Source: Thermovirgaceae bacterium
GTDB taxonomy: Bacteria > Synergistota > Synergistia > Synergistales > Thermovirgaceae
Length of the DNA stretch: 52,764 nucleotides
Assembly: GCA_046542505.1 (NCBI GenBank)
Contig: JBKHBH010000005.1
Coordinates: forward strand, 1 to 52,764
Reading direction: 5' to 3'
The translations under genes were made by a program, and so were the position numbers. Below the pieces are notes generated by a model. It was not told where the DNA came from and searched no databases. It saw only the letters and a list, made by a program, of their open reading frames with translations. The first letter of the stretch is position 1; every line of letters starts with the position of its first letter. This document shows positions 44,274-52,764 of the stretch, in pieces.

Positions 44274-45059
44274 ATGGAAGTTTGGAAACCTGGGGATCTT
44301 GTGTTCATCTGGTCACCGCAGAAAGGAGATTCCTTTCTCATTCAACTTGAGGAAGGCTCGAAACAGGATACACGACTCGGGGTTGTCAGGCACGACGAAA
44401 TCCTTGGGAAATCCCCTGGGGAAAGCGTGTTGAGCCATCTTGGACAGAAGTTCTGCCTTTTGTATCCGTCCATTTACGAATTCAGCCGGCGGGTCAAACG
44501 GAAAACACAGATCATGTTTCCCAAGGATACCGGCTTTGTCCTTCTCGCTTTAAACATCGGTCCCGGTTCCCGAGTGATCGAGTGTGGAACCGGGTCAGGG
44601 AGTTTGACGTCCGTTCTGGCTCATTTCGTTGGTGATGAAGGGAAAGTCTTCTCTTATGAACGCCGTTCCGAGTTTTCGAAGCTTGCGGAACGAAACTGCC
44701 GCAAGTGGGGCGTGGCTGACCGGGTGGAGTTCAAGGTCAAAGATATCATTGAAGGTTTTGATGAAGAGCATGTGGACGCCATGTTTCTTGATGTGCCAAA
44801 CCCATGGGACTATCTTGGACATGCCTGGCGGGCCCTGGCGGGTGGGCGCAGGCTTGGAATCCTGGTACCAACCACGAACCAGGTCGCGCAGGTTCTGGAC
44901 GGTCTTGAAGAGTGGAATTTCGTCGATCTGCAGGTTGTGGAGATCATGCTGAGACCCTACAAAACGAACAGCAGGCGCCTGAGACCGGAGGACACCATGA
45001 TAGGTCACACCGGGTTTCTCGTTTTTGGGGCAAAGACAGAGCGGACCTTGACCGCCTAA
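44274..45059 (+). CDS. trmI: tRNA (adenine-N1)-methyltransferase
   Basis: RKTQIMFPKD, IECGTGSGSLT, SYERR.EF, FLDVPNPW, RPEDTMIGHTGFL. ATG 44274 with AGGAG RBS. Confidence 0.9.
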   Translation: MEVWKPGDLVFIWSPQKGDSFLIQLEEGSKQDTRLGVVRHDEILGKSPGESVLSHLGQKFCLLYPSIYEFSRRVKRKTQIMFPKDTGFVLLALNIGPGSRVIECGTGSGSLTSVLAHFVGDEGKVFSYERRSEFSKLAERNCRKWGVADRVEFKVKDIIEGFDEEHVDAMFLDVPNPWDYLGHAWRALAGGRRLGILVPTTNQVAQVLDGLEEWNFVDLQVVEIMLRPYKTNSRRLRPEDTMIGHTGFLVFGAKTERTLTA

Positions 45060-45107
45060 ACGGATGGAGAAAATGAAGATAAAGATGAAGAGTGAAGCCG
45101 GCGAACA

Positions 45108-45680
45108 ATGACGACCCAGGAAGAAAGGAAAAGAATTCTTTTACATGTATGTTGTGCTCCCGATGCGACGGTACCGTGGCCGGAGCTGATCAGTGAAGGT
45201 CATGAAACAGCCGGTTTTTTCTACGGGGCGAACGTCCATCCCTTGGAGGAATATGAAAGAAGGCGGGATGCCGCAAGGCATGTTGCGAAAATCCTCGGGA
45301 AAAGGCTTTTCGAGGCACCATATCGTCCGGCGGCATGGGCGCACGAGGTTGCTGCCCGCTGCACCGGACTGGAGTTGATCGGAAGAGAAGGTGGCCCACG
45401 ATGCGCACTCTGTTTCCGGAGCCAGTTCGAGGCTGCAGCGGAATGTGCCCAAAAAAGGGGTTTTGATTCCCTCTGTACGACGCTTACGATCAGCCCCCAC
45501 AAGAACCCTGAACTCGTGAACGGAATAGGGAAAGCCGTTGCAGGAAGATATGGACTACACTGGATCGAAAGAATATGGAGACGTCGGGACGGGTTCAGGC
45601 TTTCAGTTTCGAAAAGCCGGGAGCTCGGATTGTATCGCCAGAAGTATTGTGGTTGTGTTTTCAGCATAAGAGGTGAATGA
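45108..45680 (+). CDS. queH: Epoxyqueuosine reductase QueH (DUF208)
   Basis: LLHVCCAPD, N.HPLEEYERR, EGG.RC..C, TTLTISPHK, LYRQKYCGC.FS. Confidence 0.92.
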   Translation: MTTQEERKRILLHVCCAPDATVPWPELISEGHETAGFFYGANVHPLEEYERRRDAARHVAKILGKRLFEAPYRPAAWAHEVAARCTGLELIGREGGPRCALCFRSQFEAAAECAQKRGFDSLCTTLTISPHKNPELVNGIGKAVAGRYGLHWIERIWRRRDGFRLSVSKSRELGLYRQKYCGCVFSIRGE

Positions 45681-45681
45681 A

Positions 45682-46680
45682 ATGGATCAAAAAGATGTGA
45701 ACGCGACACTGCCTTCAGGGAAACTGCCTCCGGATATCCTGCAGTCTGCGGTGCTCCGGTATTCGGGTGCGAAAAGACGCGAAGTGATGGTTGGACCGAG
45801 GGTCGGTGAAGATGCCGCAGTCATCGAATGGGACCGGAACAAGTACATGATCGTCACCTCCGACCCGATCGTCGGCGCCGTCAACAGGGCGGGACGCCTG
45901 CTCGTCAACGTCAATGCCAATGATATCGCTTCCAAGGGTGGTGACCCCCTCTATTTGATAACCACCCTCATTTTCCCTGGCGACACAAAAACACAACGCC
46001 TTGAAAAGATCATGGGGGAGATCCACGAGGCTTGTCTTGAAATGGGAGTGGCCCTTGTCGGTGGTCATACCGAAGTCAATGACCGCTATGATTATCCCGT
46101 TCTCGGGGCGACGATGATCGGAGCAGGTGACCTTGTTCTCAAGGCCGAGGATATCAGGCCCAAGGATGTCCTCATTGCCACAAAACATATCGGATTGGAA
46201 GGCATGTCCATAGTGGCAAACGACAGGGCGGACCTTCTGGATGGCATATTGACGACGGAAGAAATTGCCGAAGCCGCCGGATGGACGGAAAGGATCAGCG
46301 TCCTTCCGGAATCCAGGGTCTTGAGAAAATGGGCCTGTTTTATGCATGACCCTACCGAGGGCGGCCTTCTTGGCGGGATTGCCGAAATACTCAGGCTGAC
46401 GGACCTCGGATTCAATCTGGACGAAGAACGAATTCCGGTGCATGAGCTGACAAAGCGATGCGCCGTGGCACTGGATTTCGATCCCCTGCATCTTATTTCC
46501 TCAGGGGTTCTTCTTGCGGCCGTGTCACCCAAGAAAGCGCCGGAGGCTCTGGCCGAATTGCAGAGAGAAGGCGTTGAAGCCATGCAAATAGGAGTCTTTA
46601 CCGAAGAGAAAGGCAATGTCGCCCAGAACGCTACGGAGGTTCTCTGGGGCCTCTTGGAAAGGAAACAGGTCCATGACTGA
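45682..46680 (+). CDS. AIR synthase/PurM-fold protein (HypE/SelD/ThiL superfamily paralog)
   Basis: GKLPP, GP.VGEDAAV, SDPI.GA, NANDIA..G, GGHTE, MHDPTEGG, DPL.LISSG; lacks the HypE C-terminal Cys. Confidence 0.85.
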   Translation: MDQKDVNATLPSGKLPPDILQSAVLRYSGAKRREVMVGPRVGEDAAVIEWDRNKYMIVTSDPIVGAVNRAGRLLVNVNANDIASKGGDPLYLITTLIFPGDTKTQRLEKIMGEIHEACLEMGVALVGGHTEVNDRYDYPVLGATMIGAGDLVLKAEDIRPKDVLIATKHIGLEGMSIVANDRADLLDGILTTEEIAEAAGWTERISVLPESRVLRKWACFMHDPTEGGLLGGIAEILRLTDLGFNLDEERIPVHELTKRCAVALDFDPLHLISSGVLLAAVSPKKAPEALAELQREGVEAMQIGVFTEEKGNVAQNATEVLWGLLERKQVHD

Positions 46681-47779
46681 CAGAACCGGATCTTTGGAAT
46701 TACGCCTTGAAAAACTCAGGGCTGGAATAAAGAACACGGGGTGTGATGGCATCCTCCTTTCGGTCCTGGAAGGATTCGGCTGGCAGAACGTCTACTATTT
46801 TTCGGGGTTTCGGGGAAGCAGTGCCGCTGTTCTCGTGACGAAGAAGGAAAAGCTGCTGGTGACCGACGACAGGTACAGGTTGCAGGCATCGGAGCAATCC
46901 ACTTTCGATATCGTGATGCAGGGAAGACGGACCCTTTGTGCGGTCGTAAAAGAACTTCTCGAAAAAAATGGCTTGAGGCGGGTCGGAATAGACGGTCGGA
47001 ATCTCCCTGTAACGACTTTCAGGGAAATCTCGGGTCCGTGGGATCTGGAGGATGTTTCGGGCCTCCTGGCGTCGATACGGAGAGCCAAGGATTCAGGTGA
47101 AAGGGAAAACATAATAACTGCGGCCGGCATTTCGGGGGCCGCTCTTGAGAAGGTCTTAGCCGGGATAAAAGCTCAAGATTCGGAGAAAGAGATCTCGGCG
47201 GCCCTGGAATATTTCATCAAGATCGGTGGTGCGGACGGAGGCTGGCAGGATCACGAATTTATCGTCGCCTCTGGGCCGAGGAGCGCTCTTCCGCACGGCC
47301 GAGCAGGGGATCGTGTGATCCGGCCTGGAGAGTGGGCGACCATCGATTACGGAGCACGGTATTCGGGTTACGTATGTGATGTCACAAGAAACCTGGTTCT
47401 CGGAAAGATTCCTGATAAATGGAAGGAAAGGCAGGAAATATTGATCCAAGCCCAGTCAGAGGCTGTGTCGATGGTTTCACCGGGCATCCGGGCTGCGGAA
47501 GTGGACGCTGTGGCCCGAAGGGTCATAGAGGAAGCAGGATACGGAAAGCATTTCACCCACGGTCTTGGTCACGGGATCGGCCTTGACCTTCATGAAGCAC
47601 CGCATTTGGCGCCCAGCTCCGGCGATGTCCTCCAGGAGGGCGATGTTATCACCATCGAGCCCGGGATGTATTTTGATGATGAAGGCGGCATGAGGATTGA
47701 AGATGATTACGTTGTGACATCTGGAGGCGCGGAGTGTTTGACGTCGATGATTCCCAAATTCCTTTTTGCTGGATCATGA
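46673..47779 (+). CDS. Xaa-Pro peptidase (M24 family)
   Basis: NVYYFSGF.GS, TD.RY, IVASGPRSALPHG, DYGA...GY.CD.TR, HGLGHGIGL..HE.P, TIEPG.Y, RIEDD. Confidence 0.92.
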   Translation: MTDRTGSLELRLEKLRAGIKNTGCDGILLSVLEGFGWQNVYYFSGFRGSSAAVLVTKKEKLLVTDDRYRLQASEQSTFDIVMQGRRTLCAVVKELLEKNGLRRVGIDGRNLPVTTFREISGPWDLEDVSGLLASIRRAKDSGERENIITAAGISGAALEKVLAGIKAQDSEKEISAALEYFIKIGGADGGWQDHEFIVASGPRSALPHGRAGDRVIRPGEWATIDYGARYSGYVCDVTRNLVLGKIPDKWKERQEILIQAQSEAVSMVSPGIRAAEVDAVARRVIEEAGYGKHFTHGLGHGIGLDLHEAPHLAPSSGDVLQEGDVITIEPGMYFDDEGGMRIEDDYVVTSGGAECLTSMIPKFLFAGS

Positions 47780-47814
47780 CGCTTTTCATGTCCAGTTACG
47801 GCCGGAGTAAAGCG

Positions 47815-47843
47815 TTGCCATATTTCAGAAAGCATCTTATAAT
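47815..47843 (+). promoter_or_regulatory. sigma70-type promoter of the rubredoxin gene
   Basis: TTGCCA-17-TATAAT. Confidence 0.6.
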
Positions 47844-47890
47844 GTCGATCAATGGCATAGAAGAACTTATCGGGCAAGGGGGAAGAAATA

Positions 47891-48052
47891 ATGAAGAAAT
47901 ACGTATGCACCGTTTGCGGGTATGTGTACGATCCTGCCAATGGCGATCCCGATGGCGGCATAGAACCTGGAACCGCCTTTGAAGACATTCCTGACAGCTG
48001 GGTTTGTCCCGTTTGCGGAGTCGGTAAGGACATGTTCGAACCCGAAGAATAA
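47891..48052 (+). CDS. Rubredoxin (53 aa; absent from the ORF track)
   Basis: Hand translation [53 protein letters not shown]; two CxxC motifs; AAGGGGG RBS. Confidence 0.97.
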   Translation: MKKYVCTVCGYVYDPANGDPDGGIEPGTAFEDIPDSWVCPVCGVGKDMFEPEE

Positions 48053-48078
48053 GCTGAGAAGGTTACATTGCCAGAACC

Positions 48079-48118
48079 GGCGGAGGTGAACAGTGCCTCC
48101 GCCTTTATTTTGTTTGTT
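48079..48118 (+). terminator. Intrinsic terminator after rubredoxin
   Basis: GGCGGAGG (48079-48086) / CCTCCGCC (48096-48103), followed by TTTATTTTGTTTGTT. Confidence 0.75.
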
Positions 48119-48171
48119 CCCCGCCTGACGTACCGATCCTCGAAAAAATGGCAAATCCCCGGACACCTGCC

Positions 48172-48199
48172 TTGACAAGCTCTGACAGCGACATATAAT
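48172..48199 (+). promoter_or_regulatory. sigma70-type promoter of carAB
   Basis: TTGACA-16-TATAAT. Confidence 0.65.
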
Positions 48200-48271
48200 C
48201 TTTTCGACTAATAGAAACCATAGTTACAAATCAGTCTATATATATACAAAACTTTATTTGGAGGTGCTTTT

Positions 48272-49315
48272 GTGGAAGAACAGCAAATGTTCCTGCAACT
48301 GGAGGACGGTACCCTCTGGCCCGGAACTGGTTGGGGCGGGATAGGCAGGGGTGAAGTCGTTTTCGATACCGCTGCTTCAGGATATCCCCAGGCTTTGACA
48401 GATCCGTCCTTTGAAGGCCAGATCGTTGTGTTTGCCTTTCCCATGCTGGGGACCTACGGTGTGGACACGAAAAACCTGGAAAGTGAATGCCCTAAAGTAC
48501 GCGGACTGGTTGCTGCATTCATCGAAGACGGCACCGCCGCCGGCGGGACTTTGAAAGAATGGCTCAGGCTGCACGAGGTTGCGTGGATTCATGGAATAGA
48601 TACACGGAGCCTTGTCAGGCATCTCAGAGAGAAAAGTGTGTTGAAGGGCGCAATCACGACTCAGCCGCAGAATGTCATTGGGGGGAGAGAAGGCAGGCAT
48701 CCGGCCCGCGTGGTTTCAGCCAGAAAGATTGTCGAAATACGAGGGACGGGTCCGCGCATCGCTGTTCTCGATTACGGTGTCAAAGAGGGGATTCTCCGGG
48801 AGCTTGAGGCGCGGAATTGCCATGTTATTCGGTTTCCCCATGATGCCCGTCCCGAAGCGATTTTAGATTACAAACCGGACGGGGTGCTGTTGGGCAACGG
48901 CCCGGGTGATCCCGCTCTTCTGGAAAAGGAAATGAAGACCGCCAGATTCCTGGCGGAACGTCTTCCCGTCGCGGGTATCTGTCTGGGAATGCAGCTTCTC
49001 GCCTTGGCGTTGGGAGCCAGAACGAAAAAGATGAACTACGGGCACAGGGGGGCGAATCATGCGGTGATTCACGTTCCTTCAGGGAAAGGATGGCTCACGA
49101 GCCAGAACCACGGTTATGAAGTCGTGGAAGGCTCTTTGTCTGATGCGGGTTTTGATCTTACCCACAAAAACCTTGGGGACGGAAGCGTGGAAGGAATCCG
49201 GCATAGAATCCTTCCCCTCCAGGGCGTCCAGTATCATCCGGAGGGTTCTCCCGGGCCGAGGGATGGCAACAGTTTTTTTGATGAATTCCTGAAAACCGCA
49301 AAAGGGGTGTTTTAA
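48272..49315 (+). CDS. carA: Carbamoyl-phosphate synthase small subunit
   Basis: LTDPS..GQIV, GIDTR.LV, DYGVK, NGPGDP, GICLGMQ (Cys nucleophile), GHRGANH, SQNHGY, QYHPE..PGP.D. Confidence 0.95.
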   Translation: MEEQQMFLQLEDGTLWPGTGWGGIGRGEVVFDTAASGYPQALTDPSFEGQIVVFAFPMLGTYGVDTKNLESECPKVRGLVAAFIEDGTAAGGTLKEWLRLHEVAWIHGIDTRSLVRHLREKSVLKGAITTQPQNVIGGREGRHPARVVSARKIVEIRGTGPRIAVLDYGVKEGILRELEARNCHVIRFPHDARPEAILDYKPDGVLLGNGPGDPALLEKEMKTARFLAERLPVAGICLGMQLLALALGARTKKMNYGHRGANHAVIHVPSGKGWLTSQNHGYEVVEGSLSDAGFDLTHKNLGDGSVEGIRHRILPLQGVQYHPEGSPGPRDGNSFFDEFLKTAKGVF

Positions 49316-52300
49316 TGAGATCCGCAGGCTCGCGACAGATTCTCGTGATAGGGTCGGGCCCGATCAGGATAGGACAAGCCGCCGAATTCGATTATTCCGG
49401 TAGCCAGGCATGCCGCGCACTGAAGGACGAAGGGCATCGCGTTATCCTTCTCAACAGTAACCCGGCGACGATCCAGACTGATGTAAGTCTGGCCGACGCC
49501 GTCTACATCCGGCCCCTTGCACCGGATGTTGTGGAAGACATTCTGAGGATCCACAGGCCTGATTCGGTAGTTGCGACCCTGGGTGGGCAGATAGCCCTGA
49601 ATCTGGTTGTAGAACTTGACGAGAAAGATCTCTGGCGAAAGTACGGCGTATCGGTTCTCGGAACGTCTCCGGATTCGATCAGAACGGCCGAGAGCAGGAA
49701 TTCGTTCAGAAAAACCATGGAATCCATCGGTGAGCCCGTAATCGAAAGCACCTATGTCGCCGATGTGAAGAGTGCCGTCGATTTTGCGGAAAATTCGGGA
49801 TTCCCCCTTGTGATCAGGCCTGATTTTACCCTTGGTGGAACAGGCGGCGGAGTTGCCAGGACTTTTGCCGAACTCAGGACCGCCGTGTCCGAAGGCCTTC
49901 ACGCCTCTCCGGCGGCCAGAGTCCTTGTTGAACGTTACCTGGAAGGGTGGCATGAAATCGAGCTGGAAGTCATTCGGGATGAAGCTGGGAACACCCTGTG
50001 TGTCTGTGGCATGGAAAACATCGACCCGATGGGGGTCCATACCGGTGACAGCATCGTGGTGGCCCCGACGCTGACGCTGACAGATTCATTGTGGCAGCGC
50101 TTTCGAGAATCTGCTTTCAGGATCGTCGGGGCTCTGGATGTACAAGGAGCGTGCAATGTCCAATATGCCCTTTCGCCCGATGCGAAAGAGTTTGCCGTCA
50201 TCGAGGTAAACCCCAGGGCAAGCAGGTCAAGTGCACTTGCGAGCAAAGCCACCGGATACCCCATAGCCAGGATGGCTGCCAAGATAGCCCTCGGGAAAAA
50301 GCTTACGGAGATGCCGAACCCGGTAACAGGCGTTGGAAGCGCCCTTTCCGAGCCCGCGCTCGATTACGTGGTCGTGAAATTTCCTAGATGGCCCTTCGAG
50401 AAATTCCCCCAGGCTGATGCCGTTGTGGGGACGAGGATGAAATCCACCGGAGAAGTCATGTCCATCGGTGTCAGTTTTGTCGAAGCTTTTTTGAAAGCCG
50501 TGAGATCTCTGGATGGGCCTTTTGGAATCGCCGACCCCGTGGTGGAAAGTATTGGAATCAAGGAACTGTTCGAGGAACTGAAACGTCCGACGCATCGGCG
50601 CATCTGGTCTGTTCTTGAATTGCTGCGACGGGGCGAGAAGGTTGGGACGATTTCGCGGATGTCGGGGATACACCCTTTTTTCGTGGAAGAACTGGTGAAG
50701 ATTTCCTCCCTTAGAACGGATCTTGAGGTCCATGGGGCCAGGGAAGACCTTTTGAAACGGGCGGCCCGGTTCAACTTCCCTGAAACAGAAACTGCAGGAT
50801 TCTGCGGTATTTCCGTGGGAAACCTCCGGAAACTTGAAGGATGGAGCGGATCCCGTCGGGGTTATAGAGAGGTGGACGGGACGGCGGGCGAGATCCCGTC
50901 CGGGTCAGGCTATTGGTACGGCTCGCGAAGCGGAGCCGATGACGGGTTGCGAGACGACCACCGGCCGGCTGTGGTCGTCCTTGGATCCGGCCCGATCAGG
51001 ATAGGACAGGGGGTTGAATTCGACTATTGTTGCGTGAAGGCCGTAGAGGCGCTGAGAAAGCGCAACATGAGAGCCGTCATGATCAACAACAACCCCGAAA
51101 CGGTCAGTACGGACCACGACATGTCCGATGCATTGTATTTCGAGCCCCTGAAGGCGGAAGATGTTCTGCCCGTTATCGCCAGGGAAGAGGCCGAAGGCGT
51201 GTTCGCCTGTTTTGGCGGTCAGACATCACTCAAGCTCGGTCTGGAGCTTGAAGAAAGGGGCGTCACGCTTTTGGGCATGCCACCGGAGGGCGTCAGGACT
51301 GCAGAAGATCGTGAAAGGTTTTCTGTCCTTCTGGATTCTCTGGGAATACTCCAGCCGAAAGGCGGCGCTGTTGCAACCATAGATGAAGGTCTGGCATGCG
51401 CAGAAAACGCAGGTTATCCTGTCATGGTCAGACCCAGTTTCGTCATCGGCGGATTGGCCATGCAGGTGGCCTCAAATCCTGAAGAGCTCAAGGAAATTCT
51501 CCAGATGGCTCTGGAAGCGGAACCGGGGCAGACGGTGCTGATAGACCGCTTTCTCCCCGGGAGGGAATTTGAAGTGGATGCCCTGTATGATGGGAAAGAC
51601 ATATTGATACCGGGCATATTTGAACATCTGGACCCGCCCGGCGTTCATTCCGGTGATTCCATTGCTGTTTTTCCGGATGCCTCCCTCGGGCCATTGCAAA
51701 AAAACGGGATTGCGGAGATTACCCGCAAGCTTGCTGAAGCTCTTGGCGTCAGGGGGATGATCAACATCCAGTTTGTCATAAACGGAGAGGATATCTATGT
51801 CATCGAGGCCAACCCAAGGGCAAGCCGGACAATACCCATTGCCTCCAAGCTGACGGGGATTCCCCTCGTTGAGTTGGCAGTCCATATAGCTCTGGGGGGA
51901 AAGCTTGAATCCGCAGCCTGGCAAACCGGACTGATCGATGGGAAGGGCCCCGTGGGAGTCAAGGTGCCTGTTTTTTCGACGGAGAAACTACCGGGAGTCG
52001 ATTCGCGTCTGGGACCTGGGATGAAGTCCACCGGAGAATCTTTGGGAGTTGCGGACAGCGTTTCCGAAGCCCTTTGGGAAGCCCTTCGGGGAGCAGGATG
52101 GGATCTTCCTGAAAAGGGGCGGTTACTCATGTCCGTCAGCGATGCTGCGAAGGGAAACGCAAGCGGCATTGCTGCGGCTTTTGTTACGCTGGGATGGGAC
52201 ATCGACGCGACAAGCGGGACGGCAGTAGTCCTCAAAAAGTGGGGAGTTCCCTGCGAAAGCACGGAAAAGGGAGAAAAGCTCCAGGAACGGATACGTGACG

Positions 52301-52470
52301 GAGACTGGGATCTTGTGGTCAATATCCCGTCGGCGTCGACGGGAGCAGTCAAAGACGGATTTGCCATCAGGCGTGCTGCGATCGAGGCCGGCGTGCCTTG
52401 CTTGGGGACGCTCCCTTCGGCTTCAGCGCTCGGTGTGGCTCTTTCGGTCAGGGCAAAAGGTAGGGAATAA
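49315..52470 (+). CDS. carB: Carbamoyl-phosphate synthase large subunit
   Basis: GSGPIRIGQAAEFDYSG, two ATP-grasp halves (EVNPRASRSSALASKATG, EANPRASRT), C-terminal MGS-like domain. Confidence 0.97.
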   Translation: MRSAGSRQILVIGSGPIRIGQAAEFDYSGSQACRALKDEGHRVILLNSNPATIQTDVSLADAVYIRPLAPDVVEDILRIHRPDSVVATLGGQIALNLVVELDEKDLWRKYGVSVLGTSPDSIRTAESRNSFRKTMESIGEPVIESTYVADVKSAVDFAENSGFPLVIRPDFTLGGTGGGVARTFAELRTAVSEGLHASPAARVLVERYLEGWHEIELEVIRDEAGNTLCVCGMENIDPMGVHTGDSIVVAPTLTLTDSLWQRFRESAFRIVGALDVQGACNVQYALSPDAKEFAVIEVNPRASRSSALASKATGYPIARMAAKIALGKKLTEMPNPVTGVGSALSEPALDYVVVKFPRWPFEKFPQADAVVGTRMKSTGEVMSIGVSFVEAFLKAVRSLDGPFGIADPVVESIGIKELFEELKRPTHRRIWSVLELLRRGEKVGTISRMSGIHPFFVEELVKISSLRTDLEVHGAREDLLKRAARFNFPETETAGFCGISVGNLRKLEGWSGSRRGYREVDGTAGEIPSGSGYWYGSRSGADDGLRDDHRPAVVVLGSGPIRIGQGVEFDYCCVKAVEALRKRNMRAVMINNNPETVSTDHDMSDALYFEPLKAEDVLPVIAREEAEGVFACFGGQTSLKLGLELEERGVTLLGMPPEGVRTAEDRERFSVLLDSLGILQPKGGAVATIDEGLACAENAGYPVMVRPSFVIGGLAMQVASNPEELKEILQMALEAEPGQTVLIDRFLPGREFEVDALYDGKDILIPGIFEHLDPPGVHSGDSIAVFPDASLGPLQKNGIAEITRKLAEALGVRGMINIQFVINGEDIYVIEANPRASRTIPIASKLTGIPLVELAVHIALGGKLESAAWQTGLIDGKGPVGVKVPVFSTEKLPGVDSRLGPGMKSTGESLGVADSVSEALWEALRGAGWDLPEKGRLLMSVSDAAKGNASGIAAAFVTLGWDIDATSGTAVVLKKWGVPCESTEKGEKLQERIRDGDWDLVVNIPSASTGAVKDGFAIRRAAIEAGVPCLGTLPSASALGVALSVRAKGRE

Positions 52471-52564
52471 GACGAGTTGCACTGTTGCGTTGTGGCTGCG
52501 AATCCTGTAGAAATACTGGGATATATATAATAATTGCGACCATGTGCAAAAGAGGGGCGATAGC

Positions 52565-52764
52565 ATGTCCGGGAAAATTTTAACCGCCATTCTGATAGTG
52601 ATGTGGGGGCTGAACTTTTCCGCAAAGCCTCTTTTAGCCGGTGCTGAGCTCAGCGTCGGCACGGAAAAAAGTTTTCCTCCCTTTGTTTTTGAGGAAGACG
52701 GGGAACTGGCCGGGTTTGAAATCGACCTCGTCAGGGAAATCACCAAGGAACTTGAGAAAGACGC
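52565..52764 (+). CDS. Amino acid ABC-type substrate-binding (SBP_bac_3) domain protein, truncated by the window end
   Basis: Signal-like N-terminus, then LSVGTEKSFPPFVF.EDGELAGFEIDLVREI; AGAGGGG RBS. Confidence 0.75.
   Translation, partial: MSGKILTAILIVMWGLNFSAKPLLAGAELSVGTEKSFPPFVFEEDGELAGFEIDLVREITKELEKD

Noticed and set aside
45064..45111. 15-codon uORF overlapping the queH start (ATGA)
   Set aside because: No properly spaced RBS and no regulatory codon pattern; likely chance in a purine-rich spacer.
45682..46680. Calling the AIR-synthase-like gene selD or a second hypE
   Set aside because: Lacks the SelD N-terminal Cys/Sec-x-x-Lys motif and the HypE C-terminal PRIC.
1..52764. CRISPR arrays, IS elements, prophage, tRNA or rRNA genes
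   Set aside because: No repeat-spacer pattern, transposase, integrase or structural RNA signature seen; intergenic gaps are short and mostly accounted for.

Overview
Gene-dense 52.8 kb chromosomal window from an anaerobic, amino-acid-fermenting diderm bacterium. Synergistota is inferred from the mix of Firmicutes-type genes (divIVA, rny, ymdB, glycine reductase) with ExbB/ExbD/TonB. In order it carries: type III glutamine synthetase; a GntR regulator divergent from an operon of two SDRs, a strongly divergent GcvPA/GcvPB pair and an AcoX-like ATP-NAD-kinase-family gene (no gcvT/gcvH); a HOGA-like aldolase and iron-sulfur flavoprotein; a long housekeeping operon (DUF72, 2-hydroxyacid dehydrogenase, HAD, adaptor-like protein, yggS, divIVA, recG, recX, rny, ymdB); hypCDE; a nitrilase-family gene; an NSS transporter; a glycine riboswitch with a degenerate second aptamer ahead of the glycine reductase operon grdX-trxA-grdE-grdA-grdB-grdC-grdD (grdA and grdB read through UGA as selenocysteine); alanine symporter-alr-ald; transketolase-exbB-btuF-like-exbD-tonB; an HD-GYP sensor; trmI-queH-AIR-synthase-like-M24 peptidase; rubredoxin; carAB; and the start of an amino acid-binding protein. 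No rRNA, tRNA, CRISPR array or mobile element was recognised. The best candidate for an undescribed system is the GntR/SDR/SDR/GcvP-paralog/kinase operon (2612-9224), whose P-protein keeps the PLP lysine but has lost several motifs conserved in true glycine decarboxylases. All family calls come from motif recognition by eye; no searches were run.
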